Both the position numbers and the translations under genes were made by a program. A stretch of DNA of 64,000 nucleotides from Octopus sinensis. Its lineage: Eukaryota. The notes under the pieces were generated by a model. That model did no database searches. It was not told where the DNA came from and saw nothing but the letters and a program-made list of their open reading frames with translations. Shown here piece by piece: positions 1 through 11,003 of this stretch (its first letter is position 1; each line of letters opens with the position of its first letter). Where the stretch lies: positions 62,001 to 126,000 of the forward strand of contig NW_021831989.1 in assembly GCF_006345805.1 (NCBI RefSeq), read 5' to 3'.

Positions 1-3000
1 ATTTTAACAAATGGAACTCAAGAAAGTGTGGACCTGACAGTTCATGGTCATCCTGATGCCTCAGGCAATTGCAATTACGGACCCCCACAGACCCCTTCAA
101 CTTTGATTCCCATGAAAGCTATTTGTGAGTCAATCGAATCTTCCAACCCTGGAGAATGGATGTCATCTCTATTGATTTGTGTCAAAGACCGTCTTAAACG
201 AGTCCCCAGAGGAGGTTGGCCCCTCATTGCTACATATTTTAATTCTAAATTCGGAAAAAAGAAATCAATATATGAATTAAAGAAACTCGCTTCTGTCTTC
301 GGGAATAGAAGCGAAATTTCCAAAAATGAAAATAGAACGAATAATAATTCCCCTGATTTGGCACTTTACAACAAGGTGCATGAGGAATTATTAATTCAAA
401 TTGATGCAAATAATTCTAAAACAATCGATGCGAGGCAACAGACAAGGAAGATACCGTCTCAATATGTAAATCACGAGTTAATCGAAATAATAATAAATCA
501 TTGATCGAATATACAACAAACAACCTACCTACAAGTATTGAAGATATTTCAACTCTGATATATTCCGCGCAATGTGTATATCAACAAATTACAATGAGAT
601 CCAATTAAAACGAATTGGAAGCAGAGAATACAAAATAAAATGAGTCTTTGACTGAAAAAAATATATTAATATCAAAATACTTTATGTCTACTATCAAAGA
701 CGAAGAAAAGAAGAAGTCATTGACATTTTATGTTCTTACAATTACATAAAATCCAAAAGGGGAGAATTTGAAAGAATCTCGACAACAATCACAGACCATA
801 TTCGAATTCTAAACAAAAAGGTGTTTATTGCAGATTCAAGGCGACAATACGGAATTGATAATCGGAAGTTTGAGTTGAATCGAAGGTCGTTCTACAGAAA
901 CCTCCATTCTAACTCTGATAATGCTCTGATTGATTGTTTCGACACATCTGATTGTCTCAAATTTTGGATGGACGTCTGGAAGAAAAAGGACAAAAATGAG
1001 TTAAGTTTTGGAGTGAATAAGAGAGTTACTGGTGCTGAGCACCATGACTCCGATATCAATGATGAGTTCATTTTAAACTTAATTGAACCTCTTCCTAACT
1101 GGAGAGCTCCGGGATGTGATTGTGTATACAATTTTTTCATAAAAAAATTGGATTCTCTTCACAAATTCCTATTTCAAGAAATCAGAAATATTATTAACGG
1201 AACTAGTCACCCGCAAATTGGTTTTATACTGGAATCACTTACCTGATCCCAAAGAAAGCAACCTTTATTGACCCCAAGGACCTCAGACCGATCACATGTA
1301 TGCCATGTTTGTACAAACTGGTTACAAAGTGTGTGAATGAAAAAATTGCAATATATGCCGACACTTACAACTTGATAACTGAGTACCAGCTTGGAACTAA
1401 CGACATTGTCAAGGAGCAAAAGAACTTGCACTTTTAAACAGATGCGTTAACAAAGCGCACGATAATAAATTATTTTGTGCATGGATCGACGTCAAGAAGC
1501 ATTTGACTCAGTTAGTCATGACTTTCTTGTTGAAATCCTCGAAAACTCTGGACTGCCTAATTGGATAACTAGTTTTATTATGTCAATTATTCCAACTGGA
1601 AAGTCTCTTTGAGATTGGGAAAAAACAGCTGGGAACTGTTAATATAGAACGTGGTATACTCCAAGGCGACTCTCTGTCGCCCCAATTATTTGTACTTGTT
1701 TTGGATCCGTTAAGTAGACTTTTATCTTCAAAATATCCAAATATATCGATAAATTCTGGTGACATTAATTCCTTAACCTTTTCTACAAATCACTTCCTAT
1801 TCATTGACGACTTGAAGCTATTGTCCAAAGAAGAGGAGACATTGGCGTGGATGATGGAAGATGTGAACTATTACTTTGAATCATCTGGTCTGGAGAGGAA
1901 CTTCGATAAATCAGCAACAAATAGTTACCTATTAAGAAATGATGGTAAATTGATGGATGGTCTGGACAGCTACAGATATTTGGGAGTTTTAGAAAACAGA
2001 TGTAGTAAAGTACTCAAAGAAGATGTACTCAAAAATATTAAAGAAGAAATGCAAAACCGTATTGAAAAGTTATCGGAAACTAAATTGAACTCAGTCAATT
2101 TATTTAAAGCAATCAATGAACATGCTCTATCACTGTGCAATTACATATTGGACTCATTGACTTAGAACCCTGTGAATTTGAAGAAATTGATAAATTAGTC
2201 AGAAAAATACTTATGAATTTGAATGTGCATATGAAACCAGCTTGCAAAGAAAGACTTACTTACCGAGGAATATGTTTGGAAGGGGATTGATATCTATCAC
2301 TTTCAAAGCTGAGAAAATGTTGCTTGATTTTAAAACAAGTCTGGAAAGGCGAAAATTTACTTCTCTGAGGAGTGCAGGAATTCTGTGGGCTGAACACACA
2401 AGAAAGTCACATATGGCCACAATCACAGAATTCTTGCAAATAAAATTTGAATCAACCCAGCACATTGAACAGACACTAAAGAGTCTGCAGATTGAGTGTC
2501 TCTTATCAGCTATTAAAAAGAAAACTCTCCATTCAAAATTATTTGAATCACTTGATAATGAGACTTTCGATATACAGACATCCTCAAAATGGATTGTAAA
2601 AGGAATATTTCCCCTAAATCTGAAGCCATGTTCTTCCTTCTGCAGACAGGAATATTTTCTTCCGCGAGCTTGGTTCTAAATGCCCACATTGCAAATCTTC
2701 TAATAAGACAGTCGACCATTGGCAACTCGATGCAATAGAATGCTTAATTCCGATTATACAAGGCGACATAACGAAATTGTTAAATGCATACACATGCACC
2801 TATGCAGAAAATTTGGATTCAAAAAATCAAAAAGGTTAAAGACTCACTCTATCCAAAGCGTAATTACCAATGATCGTGCTGAATTACGAGTTGACACTAC
2901 TATCCCTACCGAATCAAAAATTCAATATAACAAGCCGGACATTTTCCTATACGACAAAAAATTAAACCAGATATGGCTAATAGAGATTGGAGTGACGTGT

Positions 3001-3680
3001 ATGGATAATTTAAAAGCAGTTGAAGTTGAAAAACTTCATAAATATGATATCCTGGCAAGTGAATTAGAAATCATTTACAAACCCAAAGTCAAAATACTTC
3101 CGATTGTCATTACTTGGGATGCGATCACCTCCAAGTATTTTAAAATATACATGGATTGGCATTAAAGACAGTTTTCTGGCATACATCCAAACGATTGCAT
3201 TAAAGAAGACGTTGGAAGGAATGTTCGTAGAATATAAACATGGTTTCGAAGACGTAATGACTAAAGCATTGATTCTCAACAAAGATTATGCAGTGTGGAA
3301 CACTCACCAAAGGGGAGCTAACTCGATGAAGAGGAGACATGATGAGGTGACAGAAAACGAATACTCTGAGGAAGGACAAATTAATAGCAAGAGGATCACG
3401 AAAGATGATGGTGCTGTTCAGGGAGGCCCAAGACCAGTAAATTGAAAAATTTAATTAATCTAACTTTTAATTTATCATTAATTATTTTATTATTGCATAG
3501 TAATCATCCACGTTCAGTTCCGCTGAGAACAGGATAAGTTCGCTTTTCCAACATGTGGACTGAGCGTCGCTACAAAAGTCAACCACAATGAAGCTAATTC
3601 AATAGCCGAACCCAGAGCCGAGTAAAAAACAAGAACAAGTTGGGTGGCCTTGATAGAAATTTGAAAAAAAACTTGAATAA
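1..3680 (+). mobile_element. Non-LTR retrotransposon, R4/Dong-like clade (RT + CCHC knuckle + restriction-like endonuclease), frameshifted; 5' end may lie outside the window
   Basis: ORF pieces 28-3445 give WRAPGCD, RGILQGDSLSP, NHFLFIDDLKL, YRYLG, LNSVNLFKAINEHA, YLPRNMFGRGL, CPHC..VDH, RRHNEIV and NKPDIFLYDK..IEIG..KY (PD-(D/E)xK). A putative 3' UTR follows the stop at 3445. Confidence 0.9.
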
Positions 3681-3760
3681 AATTTAATTTAGTTAAAAAA
3701 TAATTTTGTTATTTTTAAATTTGTAAATAATCTTTTGCATAAACTGCTTTACATTGTGTC

Positions 3761-5365
3761 ATGTTGGCATTTTATTTTCTGCTTTTATTCAATGTTTCAT
3801 CTCGCATACACAAAATAAAACTGAATGTGATTTTTAATTCTTTTAACATCAATTTAGGATGAGGAAAGGTCATTTTTTCCAGTTAGCACTTTCGGGTTTT
3901 TTGAGGGAGGAATTCTTCGTCTAAATATACAAAATTTGTCCTTCTCCTTAAATCCCAACATAAAAAGCACCAAGAACACAGACACAACTCCCACACACAA
4001 CAAGACTCAATTTATGCTCTCACTTATAAAATCAGAAGGAATTCGCTCCCAACAAATGGCAGTATTTATTTACAGGATTACTCAACAGGAACAATTTTGC
4101 ACCGAATCCCAGATCTCGGAAACCCCCGGAATTTTAATCCTGAATTTTGATTTTGACAAACTGAGGTATCATAGAATGTAGAATATGCAGTGTGGATATA
4201 ATCAATCGTAATATAAACATATTTGTGGTGGACGGGCAGACTAATGCCTCCTGCGATTGGTTTGGCCAGCAATGTCAGTCGGCGGAGAACGTGTTGATCT
4301 CCCGACAGGACTATTTTTACAGCGTGGACGTATGAGTAGTGTAATAATGTCAGATGGTGTTCTACATGGGCAGGATGAGTGAGGGGGAGTACACTCTCTA
4401 CTACCATAATTGCAGAGATGCCTTTACAGTGTCACTTTTGGCTGATTTGACCGAAATAAACGGAAATAGTTATTTATCGGCAGGCGAAACTCCACTGCCT
4501 TTGATTTATGTCTTATTTTCACTGCTTTATTTGATTGCTGCCGTTTCCTGGTGTTCCATTCTGGTGAGTTGTCCGCGGGGGATGGGTCCTCACTACATGA
4601 TGTTGATGGTGGTGGTTTTGAAGGCTGTTTCTTTACTCTTTCTCGATGTATTCGGTCTCGGAATATTTTAGTTGAACTACTTTTTTGTCAAGACACACGG
4701 ACTGAATGATCCTGCTTTCGCCACATTATTTTACATAACCCACGTGTAGTTTTCCTGCTTATTCTCAGAATGAAGGGAGCCTTCATGGTGGCCACAATTG
4801 CTCTCATTGGGGCAGGTTGGATCTTCATCAAACACATTCTCTCTCCTTGTGATAAACGCCTTTTCTTTCTGCTGATTCCTCTGCAGGTTAGTAGTTGGTT
4901 TGAGTGTAGATATTGGCGAATGTGGCCTATGTCGTTATTGAGGAGAACGAGCAATTCAATCGAGCCTTCAAAGCCTGGAGACTGGTCTTTCTCATTGTAG
5001 ACTTGATGTGTTGTGCAATACTTCTGTTTCCCTTTATTCAGTAAGTCTTATTCTTTATCAAGTTCTATCCAACTGCTCAAATCTCACCCCAAATGTGATC
5101 ACAAGGCTAAGGTCAACTTGCGGAAGCTTAAACTATTTCGTCGGTTTTATTTTCTGGTGGGTTATTGAATTTCAATGTGAAGGTCGTGTGTTACTTGTAT
5201 TTGTCGAGAGTTCTTGTGTACTTTCTAAACGCCGTTCTTCCGTATGACTTGTTTTGGGTGTCGGTTGTTCTCTCGGAACTGATCACGCTTGTGTTTTTCG
5301 TAGTCACTGCCTGGTGTTTTCTCCCCAGCAGAATGAATAAATATCTGCCTTTGCACGACGTTTAA
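3761..5365 (+). CDS. GPR107: GPR107/GPR108 (lung seven-transmembrane receptor family), multi-exon
   Basis: ATG 3761 gives a signal-peptide-like start then RIHKIKLN|DEERSFFPVSTFGFFEGG, EGEYTLYYHNC, SYLSAGETPLP, IALIGAGWIFIKHILS, KLKLFRRFY; short GT-AG introns; stop 5365. GPR107 versus GPR108 not resolvable. Confidence 0.88.
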
Positions 5366-5794
5366 TTTAATAACTAGTTCTATTTTCATGTGACAGCAAT
5401 TAGTATTGCTAGAATAAAGTCTTTTCATTTATTAATTATTAGATTTATATTATGAGAGCACTAGTCTACGCTGTCAGATGAAAGGATGCCACTTTATTTG
5501 ATAATCCTGATTGGTTATGGTTCGATTGTTACTTTATTAAAATATTCGATAATATTGCGTAATGGAAAATAAAGAGAATTATAGAATTCGATCTTAATAA
5601 TTACAAAGTGCTAGAAAGTCAATAATCTCCAGATTATTGTAAATATGACAAAGGAATATTCTTTAGAGGAATACAGTGGCAAATAAAAACAGTTGGATAT
5701 CCTTTAATTCGACTTTTTCTTAAAAAAATTATAAATTAATATTTTGCAACAATTCTTGGCAAGATTTAAATTATTTGCTTAGCATAAAAAATTA

Positions 5795-5995
5795 TAAAGA
5801 TGAGGATTGCCGTGCTGACAAGCACACAACTGCCCATCTATTCCGCTGTCCTGGTCTTTTTTCGCTACGTAAAAAATTTGCCATTCACTTCCCGGAGGTC
5901 CTATGGGAGCAACCTGGGAGGGCGCTGTTGTTTCTGCAAGCTGCTGGTCTCATAACTTAATGTGAGATCGGGGTTATGCAACAATAGCAATAAAG
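5795..5995 (+). mobile_element. 3' remnant of a LINE (C-terminal knuckle, Ingi/Vingi-like)
   Basis: Translates C..DKHTTAHLFRCP...LWEQPGRALLFL*, followed by a CAA-rich tail-like sequence (gcaacaatagcaataaa). Clade assignment tentative. Confidence 0.45.
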
Positions 5996-6128
5996 ATGAG
6001 GATTAATCTCAACTGGATTGTCTAGAAAGGATGCGCATAAAAAGTGAAGATCATTGTTATATGATTAGTTAAAATTAACTGTTTTTCACTCAAAAATAAA
6101 GTTTGTGTTTTGCCCAAGCTGAGTTATA

Positions 6129-6759
6129 TAGTGCATCCCAGAAAGATAAATAATAATCCTATTATTATAAAGAATGATCCTAATATTATAAATACAAATC
6201 CCAAAAAGATAAATAACGATCCCAATATTATAAATAATTCGCATAAAATTCAATGTTAATGTTGACAAACTGTTAATTTCCAAATTATCAGCAACTTTTT
6301 TAATGTTTTCTTTTAGTTGATTTCTTGTTGTTGCTCTCGGACGAATTTTATTTAAATCATTTTTAATTTTTGCAAATAAATGTTCGATGGGATTTAATTG
6401 TGGAGAGTAACTCGGCAAAAATTCAACGTGTATATTTAGATTTCGAAATAAATTTTTTATGTTATTACAATGATGTATCGGTGCGTTGTCCATTATTAAT
6501 ATTTTGTGAATTGCAGAAGGTGATATATCAACTATTTTGGAAATTTCTTTAACAGGAATATTGTTTCTTAATCTTAGAATTTGATTAAATAAATCAAATG
6601 TGAGTGTCTTTCATATGTTATTTATCCTTACTTTACGCACTTTGTAATTTTTATTTATAATATTGGGATCGATATTTATCTTTTTGGGATTTGTATTTAT
6701 AATATTAGGATCATTCTTTATAATAATAGGATTACTATTTATCTTTCTGGGATGCACTA
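6129..6759 (-). mobile_element. Internally deleted Tc1/IS630-like element (631 bp) with ~108-bp TIRs
   Basis: TIRs tagtgcatcccagaaagataaa... and ...tttatctttctgggatgcacta, flanked by TA at 6127-28 and 6760-61. Interior keeps the transposase C-terminus DNAPIHH...LPSYSPQLNPIE (D34E spacing counted). Confidence 0.9.
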
Positions 6760-7139
6760 TAAATATTATGGATCTCGTGGAAAAGGAAATTATTATTAAA
6801 GATAAGAGCTTTTTAAAGCGTGTAGGGATTATGTGACTTTATTTGTTCCGTTTCTTGTGTTTTATTTGGGGAATGACAAAAATTTTTAATGCTACAAATT
6901 TAAAGATCGACTTTGGGATTTGTGACAAGAAAATCTTCTAAAGACGGCATCACAATGCGAAAAATTGCATTAGAACGTTCCCGAAACTGGCTTTAGTTCA
7001 GAAAAATACATTACAATTAATCTCGAAGAATGAACCATAAATTTTTGTGTATCTGAAATCGCCAAAACTAATTTTACTGTTGACGTGTATCCAAAAATGC
7101 CTGGGTAGCAAACAGAAACCTCTACTGACGTAAAAAATA

Positions 7140-7400
7140 TCCAATCCAGATAATTTAATTTCAAAAAAGCTTTTAACCATATTTAGCGAGAAATGGAAGA
7201 AAATCATTTTTACCACTTCTTTATGTTTCCGGAAATAATCATTGTTTAGCATGCTACCACGCTGCGTGGCTAGATAATCCACATTCTTCCTGCTTTTTTG
7301 CAATGAACATATAGTGATCCTGTGTATGCAAAAAACAAATTCTTATTTGCAAAAGACAATACAATTTTTAGCAAGATAATACCGTTACGAGTAATAACCT
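7140..7400 (-). mobile_element. Degenerate R4/Dong-like fragment (knuckle/RHN region)
   Basis: KSRKNVDYLAT..SMLNNDYFRKHKEVVK parallels VDH.ATRCNRMLNSDYTRRHNEIVK of the element at 1-3680. Confidence 0.6.
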
Positions 7401-8239
7401 GAATATATGAAAGATAGAAAATATAAAATTTTGGTAGCATTAGTTTTGGGTAAAAATCGAGATTTGATAAAAACTGATAGATTTGATAAAACTATGGAGC
7501 GAATGGCTTATATGTGATGAGACATTAAAAAGTATGCAATACTTATTTTATTATTAGATATCCCAAAAATAAGAACCGCTCCTTCCGAATTGCAGTCAAT
7601 TTAGGACATGAATGCCTGGAAATTGCTGCAGTTCGAAGTTCAGATACAGGAATATCCTTCCCTTTAAACATCCAATTCCTCCTTTGCTTGGAAATGCAAA
7701 AAAACTGTTTGTGCTCCTTTGCTTGGAAATGTAGGCAAAGTGGCAGATTTGATCTACCATTTGTTAGAAATGTGCCGGTCACATATTATATATTTTGACT
7801 TAAATTCCACAATTATTAAAGCAGAGGGAGATTGTGTTTGATTTTACAAGTGTTCTAATTTACCGAATAGCATCCAAAAGAGGATTTTTGACTTAACTCC
7901 TAAATGACATCGGTAGGAAAATTTCTTCGAAAACAAACGACCTAAGAAAGACGAGCTGACTTTTTCGACGAATCTCGGTCGCTGTGCTCCGAGACACGGC
8001 GTCATTAAGCTGACTTTCAGGCTTTTGACTATCCTTTTAGTTACTTATTTCGCTTGCATCTAATTTTGTTTTCAGATTTTCATAAATAAGTTGTGTAAAA
8101 GAAAGTTTCATCTCTAACGAGTAATTTTTTTCAAACATTCTTTCACATTCATCAAGTTCATCATGAACGATTTCATTATATAAAATATTCTTCAGAATAT
8201 GATTAAGTTCAAAGTGAATAAAGAAAAACAATGGTCAAA

Positions 8240-8690
8240 GGGAACAATGTAACCAATGTAGAAGTAAAGCGATGACCGTTGACCATTTAATCACCAAGTG
8301 CTCGAATGTGCTGCATCATGATTGTACATAAAGACATAACGAGGTGGCAAGTAAATTCAATCGCTGTGTGAGAACTCAAAGGTGTGCTTTAGTTTCCAGC
8401 ACAACAAACCCGAGATTGTGATCCAAGATAAAGTCAGCAACAAGACTGTTATCATGGAGGTTGGAATGCAGAAAGTGGAAGTAGGAAGAGGACGTATGAC
8501 CTTCTTGAAATGAGCTAGGGCTGATGTAAGTTACAGTAAGAATTCGCATATTTGAGTAACAACTCAGTCCACGCCCTAGCTGCCCGCGAGACAAATAAAA
8601 TCTTTTTATTGCTGGCAAACACGTAAGCGTGATTCTCTCGGAGTACTTTTTAAACAATAAGGTCCAATCACTCGCACACCTCAAATTCGA
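8240..8690. mobile_element. Two R4/Dong-like fragments in opposite orientation
   Basis: Plus strand ~8260-8470: CNQCRSKAMTVDHLITKC..RHNEV and HNKPEIVIQDK..MEVG. Minus strand ~8550-8690: PAIKRFYLSRGQLGRGL. Confidence 0.7.
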
Positions 8691-9035
8691 TTAGACCAAA
8701 GTAGTAGTTTAGCATTGAGATCGCGACATTTGTTCAAATAGGGCAGTGAAAACTCTATTCAACGGTTCTAGGTAAAGGAAAAACAGTATTCAAGGAATGA
8801 AACAAGTTTCGTCCATTGAGACAAATTTTGCATTCCCGCACTACTATCAACACTCTCCAATACGCACTTTTTCGATTCTGGAGTAATTAATGAGGCTGGA
8901 CTCTCAACCAAACCAAGATACAGTCAAACCTCTAAATCTCTTATTTTTCAATTGTTTGTTGAGTAACATTTTCCACCCGAAATACGTAAACAGAAGACCG
9001 TCTTTTAAATTCAATTTCTTATGTTAATTGACAGA

Positions 9036-10687
9036 ATGAGTTCTATTTTTGGAGAAAAGGTTTAAAGAAACTTCATCATGTGAGTCGAGGACATCGTTGT
9101 TGTTCATTTTAACCAAAATGCAGAAAATATTTTTTTCGGATGACTCGCGTATAAACTATTATGAATTATTATTTACAAAAAGGCATTTAGATAATCCGCT
9201 CAGCATTGTTAAGGTACAAAAATGTAATAAATCATTTTAGACTGTTCTCTATCCCGTAAATTGTACAAACTGCTCCCAAGCCTGGATTCCTTTCGGTATA
9301 GATGCGGTCGATTTGATTACCAATCAAATAATAATTAATTGTTTAATAAATTCAAATAAAAGTAATTACAAAACTCTTTTGAGCGGACTGAACTCAGCAT
9401 TTCTCTTTGGCTATGCCGCAGGGATGTTTCCTTTCGCTCAGACCGTGGAAGGACTGGGACTCCGCTACATTTTATCTTTCTCCAACATCTTGGCCATGAT
9501 GTTTGGGATTGGGTATTTCTACTCTATACACTTATACATATACTATTTATTTACCCAAGTACTTGAATTTACATAAGGCATAGTTGTTTTGTGGACTGGC
9601 AATGTCTGCGAGTTGGCCTTGCGTTGTCGCTGTCATGTCCAACTGGTTTTCCTTCAAACTGTTTCTTGTCGTAAACTTATTCTAGCCGAGGACTGATTAT
9701 GGGAATTTGGACGTCCAATGCAAGTCTCGGAAACATTGTCGGCACTTTGATTGCCTCTTTATTTCTAAAAACCGATTGGGGGTGGTCATTTGTCGTCCCC
9801 GGACTTCTTCTTTTATTATTTCCCATCCTTACTTTTTTCTTCCTTCTGGAGAGTTATAATTTATAACCATTTGTGAAGGACCTGAATCTGTCGGAATCGT
9901 CGTTCAAACCTATCGACTTTTGGAAGATGAAGAAAATGAAGATTCGACCCATGAATCCATTTCCCTAAAGAATCTCTTCAAAATTCCGGTTTTTATAATC
10001 TTGATAATTAAAAAGAATATTTTCCTCTACTCTTTTGCGTCATTTTTTCTCAAATTGACAAGTTATACTCTTCTATATTGGCTCCCTGTTTATATTCTCC
10101 ACAAATATCATTCCAAATTCACTCCAGAGCAAGCAGGGAGGATGTCGACCTTCTACGACATGGGAAGTATTCTTGGAGTCATTGTGGGTGGTTTAGCCAC
10201 CGACTTTCTCGGAAGACGTATCCTCGTATGCGAGATTTTATCCATCGTTGCATGCCCTCTCTTGTTCTTTTACAACTTCTACAGCATTGTCTCGTACAGC
10301 TATTCTGCAGGTATACTAGACTTACATTGTAGTAATGTTGTTTTTTATCGGATTTTCTATAAATGGATGTTTTGGTCTCCTTGTTACTGCAGTTTCCATT
10401 GACATGTCTCACGACCCTTTGGTTAAGAAGATGGGGAGAAGTGGGGCCGCAATAACCGGCTTTCTTGACGGATTTGGATCTCTTGGTTTATATTTGTTAA
10501 ATTTTTTCTAGGAGGTGCATTAGGACCGGTCTTGTCAGGGTTTCTTTCTTCATATTCGTGGCACTATCTTTTCTATTTACTTGTTACCTCAGTCGGAAGC
10601 TGTGCTTTGGTAGTTCATTTTGTTTATCTTTTTAAGGTATTGATCAAACCTTTGATTTCCGAACTGAGAAGAACAGAATTGTGTTAG
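9036..10687 (+). CDS. SLC37A: SLC37A1/A2-like sugar-phosphate exchanger (MFS); 5' region irregular, possibly degenerate
   Basis: PLSIVK, NYKTLLSGLNSAFLFGYAAGMF, WPCVVAVMSNWF, RGLIMGIW, KLTSYTLLYWLPVYI, STFYDMGSILG, ITGFLDGFGSLG; stop 10685-87. Start codon and first exons uncertain. Confidence 0.82.
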
Positions 10688-11003
10688 CTAATTTTTAATT
10701 TTTGTTCGACAATACTTTATTTTTTTAATTGGTTCCTAAATCCATTACTGAAACATTAACTTATAGTGACCACAAAAAAGTAAATTAGTCTTTGACAAAT
10801 CACCATTGCATTAATTTGTTTAAGCCATAATGTTTTAATGTCTCAAAAAGTGACAAATCTCCGGAGAAATTAAAAAATCAAGGATTCCTATATTTTCCGA
10901 TTATTAATAGTTCGAATTTTTCTCTAGCACAATTAGATCAAAAGTAAATATTTTAGATAAGGAGTAAGCTAACAAATTTTATTTAATGCAAAGAGGTGTT
11001 AAA

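Noticed and set aside
3500-3570. Independent ncRNA (stem acgttcagttcc / ggactgagcgt)
   Set aside because: More simply structure in the retrotransposon 3' UTR; no snRNA or SL RNA motif recognised.
6129-6240. CRISPR-like array
   Set aside because: Subrepeats within a transposon TIR; no unique spacers or cas genes, and a eukaryotic context.
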